Virus record (IMG/VR): IMGVR_UViG_3300029705_000039
DNA length: 64,000 bases
Source of the DNA: a virus
Lineage: Duplodnaviria > Caudoviricetes
Direction: 5' to 3' (one strand)
Positions 36,621 to 48,220 of this stretch are shown here, one piece after another. Below the pieces are notes generated by a model, which was given only the letters and a program-made list of their open reading frames with translations, was not told the DNA's origin and searched no databases. The number at the start of each line of letters is the position of its first letter. The stretch's first letter is position 1. The position numbers were made by a program, and so were the translations under genes.

Positions 36621-38489
36621 ATGAATTATACCGCTAATGACCTTCAAACACTTTCCGCAGGACGAGCATACCGAGAGAAGATTGGTATGTATTTGTCTGC
36701 TGATAGACAGGAAGCAATTGACCTTGGTTTAAGAGAATTGATTTATAACGCTCAAGACGAATTCGAAGCAACTCATCAAAAGAATGCTTTTGTAAAGGTT
36801 TCTATTGATACTGACGCGCAGGAAATTCAAGTTGAAGATAATATGCGTGGTATTCCAGTTGCTATTCGTGATGACGGTATTAATTCCTTAACTGCGGCTT
36901 TCCTTATTCCCCACAGCGGAGCCAAGCATAAAGAAGGCGTATATCAAGCCGCGGTAGGTGTTAATGGTCAGGGCAATAAGATTGTGTGTCATACTTCAAA
37001 GTGGTTAAGAGTCCAAGTTTGCCGCGATGGTAAAATTTATCAGCAGTCTTTTCACGAGACTGACGAAGGTGCTGTCCCAGATGGAGATATTCAAGTAATT
37101 GGTAAAACCGCGGCAACAGGCACCAAAATTACTTATGTTCCCAGTGAGAAAGTATACCAAGGTGCGAAGATTGATATTGAAAATCTAATTGACAGTCTTA
37201 CAATGCTTTCATACTTTACCAAAGGTTTAAAGATTATTCTTAATGTCGATGGCGATACAATGGAGTTCTATTCCGCGAATGGACTTGCGGATGGGCTTAA
37301 AGCAGAAGAGCGTATTCATAAGAATATTATTCATTTTGTAAAAGACTATGAAGATTGCTCCGTTGAACTCGCTCTTCAATGGAATAAAAAGAAAGGTGAA
37401 ATTAAGCCTTATGCCAACAATCTTTATGTAAAAGATGGTGGTGCATTCATCAGCGGTTTTAAGAGTTCTCTGACTAAAACCTTTAATACTATTTGCGGCG
37501 GTTCTTTTACTGGCGAACAAATTCGTAAAGGACTGGACGGTTTCGTAAGCGTTAAAGTTCATAACGTTCAATTTACAAACCAGCAAAAAAGTTCTCTTGC
37601 TAATCCTGAAGCAAGGACCGCTACTTCCGCCGCGATTACAGAAGCCTTAAAGATTTTTGCCGCGAATAATCACGATGATTTCTATAAAATTGTGGCTATC
37701 CTTTCTAAAGAGCAGAAAGCAGACGAAGCCGCAGAACGAGCCCGCAATGCTATTCTAAATCAAGAAAAAAAAGAAGCCGCCTCTAAAAAGCGTAAAGTCC
37801 AAATGCCCGATAAGTTTAAGGACTGTGAAAGGCACGGCGAAGATAGTATCCTTATTATCTGCGAAGGTAATTCCGCTCTTGCTGGTCTAATGCCTGCTCG
37901 TGATGTTAATACCGAAGCTCTATATGCGGTTCGTGGTAAGGTGAAAAATCTTCTAAAACATCCGCTTGAAGAGTGCCTTGAAAATCAGGAAATTAGCGAT
38001 ATCATCTGTGCTCTTGGTTGCGGCATTCAGGAAAAGTATAATCCTAAGAAACTTAATTATGGTAAGGTCGCAATCGCAACTGATGGTGATGCGGACGGTT
38101 TTAACATTATGTGTCTAATTGCTACGATGTTTTCTGTCCTTATGCCGGAATTTTTAACCGAAGGTCGTCTTTGTTGGTTGCGCGCTCCATTATTTAAACT
38201 TGAAAATGGTAGCCAAAAAGTATTTGCTTATACCGAAGAAGAGCTTAATGACATTCGTAAAGATAAAAGCTCTTGGAATCAAGTGCGTTTTAAAGGGTTG
38301 GGCGAGCTCTCCGCCGATGATATGGAACGATCTATGCTTCATAAGGAAAATCGTCGTCTTGAGGTTTTAACAGTAGATGACTTTGATTCTGCTATGGAGA
38401 GCCTTAACATTCTAATGGGTGCTGGACGGGTTAAGGAACGTAGAGATTTTTTGTTTGAGAATGTAGATTTCGGAGCATTGTATGAGTAA
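36621..38489 (+). CDS. gyrB: type IIA topoisomerase B subunit (GyrB/ParE-like)
   Basis: ELIYNAQDE, DNMRGIP, EGNSA, RGK, TDGDADG, RFKGLGE. Confidence 0.9.
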   Translation: MNYTANDLQTLSAGRAYREKIGMYLSADRQEAIDLGLRELIYNAQDEFEATHQKNAFVKVSIDTDAQEIQVEDNMRGIPVAIRDDGINSLTAAFLIPHSGAKHKEGVYQAAVGVNGQGNKIVCHTSKWLRVQVCRDGKIYQQSFHETDEGAVPDGDIQVIGKTAATGTKITYVPSEKVYQGAKIDIENLIDSLTMLSYFTKGLKIILNVDGDTMEFYSANGLADGLKAEERIHKNIIHFVKDYEDCSVELALQWNKKKGEIKPYANNLYVKDGGAFISGFKSSLTKTFNTICGGSFTGEQIRKGLDGFVSVKVHNVQFTNQQKSSLANPEARTATSAAITEALKIFAANNHDDFYKIVAILSKEQKADEAAERARNAILNQEKKEAASKKRKVQMPDKFKDCERHGEDSILIICEGNSALAGLMPARDVNTEALYAVRGKVKNLLKHPLEECLENQEISDIICALGCGIQEKYNPKKLNYGKVAIATDGDADGFNIMCLIATMFSVLMPEFLTEGRLCWLRAPLFKLENGSQKVFAYTEEELNDIRKDKSSWNQVRFKGLGELSADDMERSMLHKENRRLEVLTVDDFDSAMESLNILMGAGRVKERRDFLFENVDFGALYE

Positions 38490-38877
38490 TAAATATAAGT
38501 TTGAAACATTGGAAGAACTGCAATTAGCATTTCCAATCCATTCTGTTTTTTCAGAACAAAAAGTAATTAACGAAATTACTTGTTATAATGTTTATGATTT
38601 TGATACAGAATTAATTAATATGTTAAAAGAAGAATCTATCAGTTTAAAAAAGATTGATGATGGAACTTATTTACGTATTACCGCTAAAATGAATACAATT
38701 TCTGTTGATGGTTATATATACGATGGAACATATTGGTATCCAGCACAAAGAACTCTTGATACATATAAACGACTTAATGAATATGATATTTTTCGAGATA
38801 AAGAAATTATTCGTGAAGGAAAAGAGTGCCATTATCGTCCTGGTATAAATATGAAAATTATTTATCCATCAGAATAA
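38482..38877 (+). CDS. hypothetical protein
   Basis: overlapping ORF. Confidence 0.55.
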   Translation: MSNKYKFETLEELQLAFPIHSVFSEQKVINEITCYNVYDFDTELINMLKEESISLKKIDDGTYLRITAKMNTISVDGYIYDGTYWYPAQRTLDTYKRLNEYDIFRDKEIIREGKECHYRPGINMKIIYPSE

Positions 38878-38933
38878 ATTACTTTGGATAATGCCAAATA
38901 TAAGAGACAATATCTTTAAGGAGGCTTTTCATT

Positions 38934-39401
38934 TTGGCTAATTATTGGTATATAGATATTAATAGTAATAATTTAACCGCAGAAGTAGCCAGCGAAATTT
39001 TAAAATATACTGGTGAAAATCATTTTATTCGTAGTTTTAGTTATCAGCACGGTGATTGTGTAAATAGAAAAGTTGGCGGAAAACTTTATATGAATACTCG
39101 CGGCCTGCCCAATATCATCGATATTCTTAAAAAATATGATATTGCAGAGAGTGAAATAAAGTGTGAAGATGAGTTTGAGAGCGCTTGGACTGCGATTTTC
39201 GAACAGTATTTCGCCGACTTGCCCGTTACCAGGGAGTATCATTCTATTCTCGAAAAGAATATAAATGAAAAGATAATTGAGTTAGATTGGGATGGAAAAA
39301 ATTGGGACAAACTTGAAGATTACTTTAAAACTTGTTGGGGAAGTAGAAGTTTTCAATTCGAGCCTGAAAATTGGACGATTATTGGAATTAAAGAAGAATA
39401 A
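38934..39401 (+). CDS. hypothetical protein
   Basis: AGGAGG RBS, TTG start. Confidence 0.6.
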   Translation: MANYWYIDINSNNLTAEVASEILKYTGENHFIRSFSYQHGDCVNRKVGGKLYMNTRGLPNIIDILKKYDIAESEIKCEDEFESAWTAIFEQYFADLPVTREYHSILEKNINEKIIELDWDGKNWDKLEDYFKTCWGSRSFQFEPENWTIIGIKEE

Positions 39402-39429
39402 TATTGTTATTATAACAATGGAGGATTCT

Positions 39430-40065
39430 ATGAAACAAGGCGAAAGATATGGCGCTTTGACTCTAAGATACAAGGAAGGTAATTATTGGGTTTGTTCTTG
39501 TGATTGTGGAAATTAGAACGTAATAGCCGAAGCAAAAAATTTATTAAATCATTGTTATCCTTGCTGTGGCAAATGTAGGCGTTTAGGCACTTGGGCAATA
39601 AAAGAGGCAGGATTGCGTAAATAGAAAGCATTAAATATTGAGCATCAAGAAGTCGTGAAGAAAAATAAAAAACATTATTATTCTGAGACTTCCCGGGGCT
39701 ATATTAAGAGTTCTAAGAAAGAAACTATAATTTATAAAAAATTAACTCAACTAGGAAAAATATTTGAAACTGAAAAAGAGTTTGGTGTTTGCTACCCAGG
39801 AAGTTATACTCCTTTTAGATTTGATTTCTGTGTCGCTTCTTCTGAAAGTCCAGTTGGATTTTATTTAATTGAATATGACGGATAGCAACATCAAAAACCA
39901 ATTAAAATATTTGGTGGAGAAGCGCAATTTAAAAAGCAGCAATGGCGAGATCAGTATAAAAACCAATGGTGTAAAAATAATAACATTCCTTTAATTCGAA
40001 TTACGGGGAACGTTATTTCCGATGCTGATTTAGAACTTAAAACTACAGAATTCCGTGCGGTTTAA
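39430..40065 (+). CDS. free-standing endonuclease, Zn finger + Vsr/DUF559-like domain (3 TAG=Gln)
   Basis: W.CSCDCGN; RFDF...LIEYDG*QH...D..KN.WC..NNIPLIRI. Confidence 0.8.
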
Positions 40066-40126
40066 AATTGACAAAATTTAAATTTTATCATATAATAAAT
40101 AAAGAAAGAAAGGAGTAAAGCAACCT

Positions 40127-42067
40127 ATGAATTATAATGTAGATTTTCAAAAAACTATTGAAGATGCTTTCCTTATTTATGGCGGAAGCGTCGCACAAGA
40201 GCGTTCTGTCCCTGATGTGCGTGATGGCTTAAAAATTGGTTTGCGGCAGGGACTTTATTCTCAGTATCATAGCAAGCTTACTCATTCCCATAAATTCCAA
40301 AAGGCTCAGAAGTCTGTCGCAGCAGCAATGAGTCTTTGTTATGTTCATGGCGACGCTGCTATGTATGATACCTTCATTCGCGCGGCAAAGCCTTGGGCAT
40401 ATCGGTATCCTCTTGAAGAAGCTCAAGGTGCCGTTGGCAGCCAAGCTTCTCCCGATGACCATTCTGCCGCTCGATATGTTGAAATGCGTAGCAGCGAACT
40501 GGCAGATTATTTATTCGCAGGTTTGAAGAAGAATGCAGTCAAGGATTGGTATAATAACTATGACGATACCGAAAAAATCCCCAGTGTTCTCTGCCCTGTT
40601 GGTTTTTGGCCGCTGATTAATGGCTGTCAGGGTATTGCTGTTAGTTTTTCTACAAGTTCTCCGCAGTATAATCTTCGAGAAGTAAATGCGGCTCTTGAAA
40701 AACTTATCCTCAATCCTGACGCCGATTTTAATAGCATTTATTGTGCTCCCGATTTTGCTACTGGTGGCATTGTGGTAAATGCACAAGAAACCAAAGAAAG
40801 CATTAAAAATGGTAGCGGTAAGGCTTGCCGCATTAGAGCAAAGCTTGAATATATGGGCAAGGAAAATTGTATTAAGGCAACGGAACTTCCTTACGGTGTT
40901 TATACCAATACCGTTATTGCCCAGCTTGCCGCTCTTACTGAGGAAGATGAAAATTATGGTATTGCGAAAGTAATCGACCATACAAAGAAAACCGCAGATA
41001 TTCGTATTTATCTAAATAAGGATGCTAATCCCGCAGTTATGATGCGGAAGCTTTACGCAGATACTTCTCTTGAAAGTTCTTTTGCGATTAATCAAATCTT
41101 TCTTGACCAAGGCCGCTTTCCGCGTGTATTCGGTTGGCGAGATGCTTGCCTTGCTTATATCGCTCATATGAATGAATGTAAGCGACGCGAACTGAAATTC
41201 GATATGGATGCTCTTATTCATCGCAATCATATCCTTGATGGCCTCAAAATTGCCCTCGCCAATATCGATGATGTTGTAGCCCTTATTCGCAACAGTGAAA
41301 ACGCGGCAAAGGCTAAGATTGGTCTAATGGAACGTTATGGTTTGGATGACGAGCAGGCCAAGGCAATTCTGGATATGAAGCTTCAGCGACTTGCTAATCT
41401 TGAGGCGATTAAGGTTAATACAGAGTTTGAAGAAAACGCCGCGAAAATCGACTATCTTGGCAACATTCTCGGCAGTCAGGATGAAGTTAATAAACTTCTA
41501 ATTGCGGCCTTGCGAGAAGTTGCGGAAAAGTTTGGCGATGCCCGCCGCACTCAGTTGATGAATCTGTCTGAACAGGTAGAAGAAATTAAGGAAGAAGAAG
41601 TAATTCTTAGTGTAAGTGGCAATACTATTAAGGTTGTTAAGCGTGGCGTAAAAGATATTATTAAAACCACCAATCTTAGCACTATTGTTTTCGTCACTGA
41701 TGAAGCAAAGATGTATAAGGTTCCTGTTGCTAATATTATCGAAGCAGGTAGCGCGAAAATTTCTACTCTTATCAAGGACAGTGCCACTATTGTATTTGTT
41801 GGCGATTTAGCACAAATCCAATTAAATAAATATTGGATGTTTGCTACAAAAGATGGTATGATTAAAAAGAGCGCCGTCGGAGAATATAATTATAACGGTC
41901 GCCAAGGCAATAAAATGATGAAGTTGCGGGAAAAAGATTCTATCATTTCTTGTGGAGTTTTCACTTCAGATTTGGAGAGTTTCAACTTTTTTGGCGGTGG
42001 TTCTGTTTTAGTGGGCAATGTAAAAGTCACCACTAAAACCGCAATGGGTAATAAAATGATTAAATGA
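40127..42067 (+). CDS. gyrA: type IIA topoisomerase A subunit (GyrA/ParC-like)
   Basis: PDVRDGLK, HGD, AARYVE catalytic Tyr, PDFATGG. Confidence 0.9.
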   Translation: MNYNVDFQKTIEDAFLIYGGSVAQERSVPDVRDGLKIGLRQGLYSQYHSKLTHSHKFQKAQKSVAAAMSLCYVHGDAAMYDTFIRAAKPWAYRYPLEEAQGAVGSQASPDDHSAARYVEMRSSELADYLFAGLKKNAVKDWYNNYDDTEKIPSVLCPVGFWPLINGCQGIAVSFSTSSPQYNLREVNAALEKLILNPDADFNSIYCAPDFATGGIVVNAQETKESIKNGSGKACRIRAKLEYMGKENCIKATELPYGVYTNTVIAQLAALTEEDENYGIAKVIDHTKKTADIRIYLNKDANPAVMMRKLYADTSLESSFAINQIFLDQGRFPRVFGWRDACLAYIAHMNECKRRELKFDMDALIHRNHILDGLKIALANIDDVVALIRNSENAAKAKIGLMERYGLDDEQAKAILDMKLQRLANLEAIKVNTEFEENAAKIDYLGNILGSQDEVNKLLIAALREVAEKFGDARRTQLMNLSEQVEEIKEEEVILSVSGNTIKVVKRGVKDIIKTTNLSTIVFVTDEAKMYKVPVANIIEAGSAKISTLIKDSATIVFVGDLAQIQLNKYWMFATKDGMIKKSAVGEYNYNGRQGNKMMKLREKDSIISCGVFTSDLESFNFFGGGSVLVGNVKVTTKTAMGNKMIK

Positions 42068-42077
42068 GGAGAAAAGA

Positions 42078-42446
42078 ATGAATAAGCAGTATTAGGAATT
42101 ATTTCAAATGGTAGCCCGCAACGGCGCGTTGAATGCGGAAAAAGCAATGGAAACATTAGGTGAGAATGCGGATGCCGAAAAGATAGACGTATTGGTTGAG
42201 ATGCGAGACCGTTTTAATCTTTTAGAGGATAAGTTTCTAAAAGGAGAAAGTGATTTTGAATTAACTGATTTTATGCAGTTATATGCGGGCGCGATGGTAT
42301 CTCGTAATATTATTCAGAAAAATATTGATACCTGGGCCGCGATTGTAAAGGAATATGACGATAATCTAATTCCCAAATTATATGAAGTAGCAAGCACTAC
42401 AGAAGATGCTAAACGTGCTTCATTAATTGAAGAATATTTTTCATAA
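42078..42446 (+). CDS. hypothetical protein (1 TAG=Gln)
   Basis: GAGGAG RBS before ATG 42078, TAG at codon 6. Confidence 0.6.
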
Positions 42447-42502
42447 TTTGACAAAACTAAAATTTTAATATATAATATTTATGTAATGAGGTAAATCAAA
42501 TT

Positions 42503-42859
42503 ATGACTGAAAATGCTAAAAAGGTTTTAAACTTTCTACAGAAAAATTATGGTAAAGAATTTACAAAACACGAAATTGTTGAAAAAATCGATATTAATAT
42601 GTCCGCGGTAAGTGGCTCTGTTAATGGATTAGTTAGTAGAGGGCTTGCGACTGAGCGAAGAGAACTCATTCAGGGGCGCTTTAAGGGTGAAAAAGATACT
42701 GAAATTCGTTATGTGAAATTAACTGAAAAAGGTAAAGAATATGACCCTGATGAAGAAGAACGTCGTCAAGCGGAAGCCCATCTTGAACTGGTCGCGGCAC
42801 GAAAGAAAGAACGAGCAAGGCTTAAAGCCGAACGTGCTAAATTAAATTCTGTACTATAA
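42503..42859 (+). CDS. winged-HTH protein
   Basis: AVSGSVNGLVSRGL...YVKLTEKG. Confidence 0.7.
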   Translation: MTENAKKVLNFLQKNYGKEFTKHEIVEKIDINMSAVSGSVNGLVSRGLATERRELIQGRFKGEKDTEIRYVKLTEKGKEYDPDEEERRQAEAHLELVAARKKERARLKAERAKLNSVL

Positions 42860-42901
42860 ATAATAAAATAATTAAAAGATATTTTGGAGGAAAAAGAAAT
42901 T

Positions 42902-43861
42902 ATGTATAAGTCTATTGATACCCCTGCTCTAAATAGTGTTGTAATTAATGGTGCTCTACTCGGTCTGGATATGCGTGAAGGCAAGAGCGCGCCTTCTAAG
43001 GGAAGCAAGCCTTATCGTTCTGTAAATGCTACTGTTCGTGTAAATCAGACTTATGGCGGCAAGAGCGAAGTAAGCGAACTTCCTGTAAGTTTTATTGCTA
43101 TGAAGCATAAGAAGGATGGCACTGATAACCCCGTATATGAAACTCTTGGCAAGTATGCTACTGAGTATCATACTGCTCAGAAGGATGGCATTGAGAATGC
43201 GACTAATGTAAATGTCAATGGCCGTCGTGGCAATGGCTCTCTAAGTGAGAATATGTTTGCCACTCCTCAGAATCCCGAAACTGTTGTTTCTGGTTGGAAT
43301 ATTAATGCCTCTTTCCTAAACGAAAATCGCAATGTTGCTCCTGGCAACAGTGGTGATTGTGCTACTTTTGATATTGAAATTTTCATCCTCAATCTAGACC
43401 GTGAAGTTTCTCCCGAAGGCGAAGAGACTGGACGTCTAAAGATTCGCGGCGGCGTAGTTAAGTTCGGTCGTAAGTTAGATTGTTTGGATTTCTTTGTAGA
43501 AGATAAGGGCGCGATTGATTATATCGAGCGCAACTATAATGTAAATGATACTGCTCACTTTGTTGGCCGCATTCGTTTCACTTCTGAAACTGTGTCTTAC
43601 GAAACCTCCAATACTTGGGGTGAATCCATTCCTCAGACTTCTACTCGTAAGAAGCGTGAGCTAATCATTACTGGTCCTGGTGTCGGCGGCGAAGATGGTC
43701 CCTATGATGAGGAACGTTCCTATGACCCTGAAGATATTCGTGTTCTGGTTGCCGACCGCAACGCTCTAAAGGAACAGAAGAAGATGGAAGCTCGTGCCAA
43801 GGCTTCCAAGCCCACAGCAAGCGCGGCAGCACCTAAGCCCACTTACGGTTGGGAAGAGTAA
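42902..43861 (+). CDS. single-stranded DNA-binding protein (putative)
   Basis: OB-like strands, flexible tail, position before AAA ATPase and helicase. Confidence 0.65.
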   Translation: MYKSIDTPALNSVVINGALLGLDMREGKSAPSKGSKPYRSVNATVRVNQTYGGKSEVSELPVSFIAMKHKKDGTDNPVYETLGKYATEYHTAQKDGIENATNVNVNGRRGNGSLSENMFATPQNPETVVSGWNINASFLNENRNVAPGNSGDCATFDIEIFILNLDREVSPEGEETGRLKIRGGVVKFGRKLDCLDFFVEDKGAIDYIERNYNVNDTAHFVGRIRFTSETVSYETSNTWGESIPQTSTRKKRELIITGPGVGGEDGPYDEERSYDPEDIRVLVADRNALKEQKKMEARAKASKPTASAAAPKPTYGWEE

Positions 43862-43926
43862 TCTCTTCCCACCGTCCCCTCGTAGAATAAATAAGAAAGA
43901 TATAAGAAAGGAGAATATAATTAATT

Positions 43927-44919
43927 ATGGCTAATATTGATATTTTTAACATTCAACCTACACAGCTATGTAAGGACCTACGAGGTCGTTTTGTAATGTT
44001 ATATGGTCAGGCTAAGAGTGGTAAGACTTCTATGTCCGCAATGTGGCCTAAGCCCCTACTGGTTGCTTTTGAGAAAGGCTATAACGCTCTGGTTGGTGTG
44101 CGGCCTGCTGACGTTGCTTCTTGGGCAGATTTTAAGTCCATTTGCCGCCAGCTAAAGAAGCCTGAAGCAAAAGAACTTTATGAAACCATTGTAATTGATA
44201 CTATCGCTATTGCTTATGCTCTCTGCGAAAAGTACATTCTAAATCGCGAAGGTGTCCAGGCAATTGGTGATATTGGTTATGGTAAGGGCTGGGGTATGCT
44301 AAAGGACGAGTTTGAAACTACTTTCCGTGAGTTAACCCAGTTGGGTTATGCTATTGTATTCATTGCTCACTCTAAGACTAAGAAAACTGAATATACTGAT
44401 GAAGAGGGCAATGAACTTGATGCTTTGGCTCCTGACCTGCCCAATGCTGCTTATCAGATTGTAAACCGAATGGTTGACGTTATTGGTTATATCGGCGTTG
44501 AATATGACCTAAAGAGCGGTCAGTCTTATCGCTACCTCTATACTCGCGGCACGCCCACTATTTTTGCGGGTAGTCGTTATAAGTACCTGGCTCCTAAGAT
44601 TGAACTTGGTTATAAGCAGTTGGTAGATGCTATTGCGGAAGCCATGGAAAAGGAAGCGGAACTAACTGGCACTGGTTTTGTAAGTGAGCAGGAAATCAAT
44701 TATAATGTTGGTATTCCGAAGCGTTCTTTTGAAGAGACTATGACCGAAGCAAAGGACCTATGGAATAAGATTATTAAGGCTAAGGGTGAGGAAGGCCGCG
44801 AAGCCATTAAAAACGCAATTTCTCAGGTATTCGGCCACGATATGCAGCTCTCTCGCGCCACTCCTGAACAGCAGGATATGGTAGAGTTGGTAATTGAAGA
44901 CCTGCGTAAAATCCTATAA
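43927..44919 (+). CDS. AAA_24 / Sak4-like ATPase
   Basis: LYGQAKSGKTS, TIVIDT, IVFIAH. Confidence 0.85.
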   Translation: MANIDIFNIQPTQLCKDLRGRFVMLYGQAKSGKTSMSAMWPKPLLVAFEKGYNALVGVRPADVASWADFKSICRQLKKPEAKELYETIVIDTIAIAYALCEKYILNREGVQAIGDIGYGKGWGMLKDEFETTFRELTQLGYAIVFIAHSKTKKTEYTDEEGNELDALAPDLPNAAYQIVNRMVDVIGYIGVEYDLKSGQSYRYLYTRGTPTIFAGSRYKYLAPKIELGYKQLVDAIAEAMEKEAELTGTGFVSEQEINYNVGIPKRSFEETMTEAKDLWNKIIKAKGEEGREAIKNAISQVFGHDMQLSRATPEQQDMVELVIEDLRKIL

Positions 44920-45020
44920 TAGAGGTTAGATAGATAATAACCCCGGTAGTTATACCGGGGTTTTATTTGACAAAAGTTAAATTTTATTATATAATGGTTA
45001 TAGAAAGGTGGTATATAAAT

Positions 45021-45503
45021 ATGCTTAGATGTAAAACTTGTCGCAAACAATGTCCAGAAAATACAGTGATTACTCATAATGGTTTGTATTTTTGTTGTGA
45101 AGAATGTTTTACGTCTTTTTTGATTAAAGAAAAGGAACAAGAAGATAGGAATTATTGTTATGCTACAATTAGCCGCATATTTGGAGTAAGGCCGCTTACA
45201 CCAAAATTATTTACAGAAGTAAAGCGGACTTGCGAAAATGAAAAACTTACATACAAAAATCTTGCGGCGGTACTTCATTATATGTATGAAGTAAAGCAAA
45301 TTCCTATTTATAGTCCTACTTTATTTTATGTGCCACAATATGTAGAGGAAGCAAAAGGATATTATCAAACAATTCAGACTAGAATTGACCAAGCAGAAGA
45401 GCTAATCAAAAAGGACAAAAAAAGAAATAGTGTTGTTGTGAAACCTAATTATAAAAATAATAAACGAACTTTGGGTATCAAAATTAATCTAGAAGATGTA
45501 TAA
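45021..45503 (+). CDS. Zn-binding replication-associated hypothetical protein
   Basis: CKTC...CCEEC, upstream of helicase. Confidence 0.6.
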   Translation: MLRCKTCRKQCPENTVITHNGLYFCCEECFTSFLIKEKEQEDRNYCYATISRIFGVRPLTPKLFTEVKRTCENEKLTYKNLAAVLHYMYEVKQIPIYSPTLFYVPQYVEEAKGYYQTIQTRIDQAEELIKKDKKRNSVVVKPNYKNNKRTLGIKINLEDV

Positions 45504-45515
45504 AGGAGTAGGCCA

Positions 45516-47102
45516 ATGACTTTTAATAATACTGATTTGTATTGCCAGGTTCTTGGCAGTATTATGAAAGAACCGTCAGTGTTAGGTAATTTGCCTATGC
45601 CTATTGCCATAGACGATTTTAGCACAGAAAACCAAATTACTCGGGTAGTTTATTTCTCACTATCAAATCTAATTGAGGGCGGCACGGTAACTATTAATGC
45701 TGTTACCATTGAGGCATTTTTGCAAGGTTATCCTTCACTATTACAAACTTATAATAAAAACAACGGGCGTCAATTTGTTCTAATGTGCTTAGATAAAGGA
45801 CAGCCTGAAAATTTTATGGCATTCTATAGTAGACTAAAAAAGAATGCCTTACTGCGCGAACTAAGTCTTAAGGGATATGATATTTCTCCTTATGACTTTG
45901 AATCGGCTTCCCCTGGTAGCCGGCAAGAATTTGAATGTATTACACGTTATGAAGAAGCAACTGAAGAAGATATTCTTGCCTATGTAGAAAAAACATTTGC
46001 ATCTATTCGTTCTAAATATACTTATGGAGCTTCAGGATATATCAATGCAGCAGATGGACTTGAAGAGTTGCTTGAAGAATTAAAAGTAAGTCCTGAAATT
46101 GGTCCGGAATTGAATGGAGCCTATTATAATTCTATTGTTGGTGGCGCATTGCGCGGCCGTATGTATCTTCGTTCTGGCGGCACCAATGTAGGTAAGACTC
46201 GTTGGGCAGTATTCGATGCTTGTAGTATTATTTATCCTATCAGATATGATGAAAACGCAAAGAACTTTATATGGATTAAAGATAAAGTTCCTCAAAAGGT
46301 TTTATTTGTTACTACAGAAATGACCGCGAAAGAAATACAAACAATTATTTTGGCTTACGTTTCTGGTGTAGAAGAACAACATATTAAACGAAATGCTTGT
46401 ACAACAGAAGAAGCCGAACGCGTAAAGATTGGTCTAGAAATTATGAAAAAATATAATCAATTTTTCTTTTTGGAAATGATTGAAAATCCAAATCTTACGA
46501 ATGTACAGAGTACGATTAAAAAACATATTTTGCTTAATGATGTAGGATATATATTTTATGACTACATCTTTACTTCACCTTCTCTAATTAGTCAATTTAG
46601 TTCTAGTGGTATTCGAGAAGATGTGGCCCTAGGATTGTTGAGTAATCAATTAAAAGAAATTGCGGCAAATTATAATGTATTTGTAGCGACAAGTACGCAG
46701 GTAAATGGCGATGGTTTAAAAGCGGGAGAAAAACGTGACCAACGGGCATTAAGAGGTTCAAAAGCCATTGCTGATAAAGCAGATGTCGGCTGTCTTATTG
46801 CAAAAGTAACTCCTGAAGAATTAGAGCAAATTCATCCATATATTAAGGAATACGGTTCTCCAACTCATGTAACAGATATTTACAAATTACGTAGTGGTAC
46901 ATATAAAGGATGCCGCATTTGGTCAAAAATAAATCTTGGTACTGGCCATAAAATTGATTTGTTTTTGACTGATGAGGCAGGTAATTTAATTACTATGGAA
47001 GATTATGAGTATCTTCCTCCGCTTCCAGGTGAAACAATTTGGATTAATAAGCAGTTTTTAGATTCTATCCCAATAGATGATGAAAGGAATGATGAATTTT
47101 AA
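45516..47102 (+). CDS. dnaB: DnaB-like replicative helicase
   Basis: GGTNVGKTR, FVTTEM, FYDYI, TSTQVN, LRGSKAIADKAD. Confidence 0.88.
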   Translation: MTFNNTDLYCQVLGSIMKEPSVLGNLPMPIAIDDFSTENQITRVVYFSLSNLIEGGTVTINAVTIEAFLQGYPSLLQTYNKNNGRQFVLMCLDKGQPENFMAFYSRLKKNALLRELSLKGYDISPYDFESASPGSRQEFECITRYEEATEEDILAYVEKTFASIRSKYTYGASGYINAADGLEELLEELKVSPEIGPELNGAYYNSIVGGALRGRMYLRSGGTNVGKTRWAVFDACSIIYPIRYDENAKNFIWIKDKVPQKVLFVTTEMTAKEIQTIILAYVSGVEEQHIKRNACTTEEAERVKIGLEIMKKYNQFFFLEMIENPNLTNVQSTIKKHILLNDVGYIFYDYIFTSPSLISQFSSSGIREDVALGLLSNQLKEIAANYNVFVATSTQVNGDGLKAGEKRDQRALRGSKAIADKADVGCLIAKVTPEELEQIHPYIKEYGSPTHVTDIYKLRSGTYKGCRIWSKINLGTGHKIDLFLTDEAGNLITMEDYEYLPPLPGETIWINKQFLDSIPIDDERNDEF

Positions 47103-48220
47103 TGTGTCAATTTTCTGCTGATTTTAATGATGAATTAGCCCGCAGAAATGGATATAGTGATGATATCATTATTCAGTCTTTTACTTTAGATGATGTAGAA
47201 CGTTTTTTGCGTAGCCTTGGTGTAGAAGAAATTGACAAACAAGATGAATATCTAATTTGTCCCACAATTTGTCATAATCCGCTTGACCAGGCGGAAACAA
47301 TGAAGTTATATTATTATAATAAAACTAAAAACTTCCATTGTTATACCCAATGTAGTGAGAATTTTTCCATTATAACTTTATATCAACGTTATATGGAACT
47401 TAATCATCAAAAAATTACTTTTGATGAAGCAATTGATTATCTTCGTCGTTTTGTTTCTTTAAGGAACTATAATGAAGAAGATGTGCGGCCTAGTAATATT
47501 ACTTATGATTTTAGTATCGAAGAAAAGCAAGATATTATTACTTTGCCGCGTATTAATCCTAATGTAATGGATATGTTTATTCCTATGAGTCATCCCCTAT
47601 GGTTAAGTGAAGGAATTGACAGAGTAGTTCAAGAACAATTTAACATAAGGTTTTCATATCAGCAAAATAAAATTATTATTCCTCATTATGATATTAATGG
47701 CAATTTGGTTGGTATTAGAAGTAGAGCCATTGATAAGGAAGATTTAGCTTTTGGCAAATACCGTCCGGTACAAATCGGTACTGAGATGTATAACCATCAG
47801 TTAGGTTTTAATTTATATGGAATATGGGAACATAAGAAAGCGATTCAACGCACGAAAAGGGCAGTTATCTATGAAGGAGAAAAAAGCGTAATGCGCGATA
47901 GTTCTTTTTATGGCCCTTATAGTGTTGCAGTCGCGACTTGTGGTTCTCAATTAAATAGATTTCAAATTAATCTATTAATAAAAGAACTTGGCGTTAATGA
48001 AATTATTCTTGCCTATGATAAAGAGTATGAAAAAACTTTTGATACTGATGGTAAGAAATATAGACAGCGATTGATAAGTAAATGCGAAAAATATCGTGGC
48101 CTTGCAAATTTTTATTATATTTTTGATGAACACAATTTGCTTGATAGAAAAGATGCGCCTTGTGATAAAGGACAAGAAATATTAGAAACGTTAATGAAAA
48201 GGAGAATTAAAATTAAATGA
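47102..48220 (+). CDS. DNA primase
   Basis: CH...CYTQC Zn finger, IIIPH, YEGEKSV, LAYD TOPRIM. Confidence 0.85.
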   Translation: MCQFSADFNDELARRNGYSDDIIIQSFTLDDVERFLRSLGVEEIDKQDEYLICPTICHNPLDQAETMKLYYYNKTKNFHCYTQCSENFSIITLYQRYMELNHQKITFDEAIDYLRRFVSLRNYNEEDVRPSNITYDFSIEEKQDIITLPRINPNVMDMFIPMSHPLWLSEGIDRVVQEQFNIRFSYQQNKIIIPHYDINGNLVGIRSRAIDKEDLAFGKYRPVQIGTEMYNHQLGFNLYGIWEHKKAIQRTKRAVIYEGEKSVMRDSSFYGPYSVAVATCGSQLNRFQINLLIKELGVNEIILAYDKEYEKTFDTDGKKYRQRLISKCEKYRGLANFYYIFDEHNLLDRKDAPCDKGQEILETLMKRRIKIK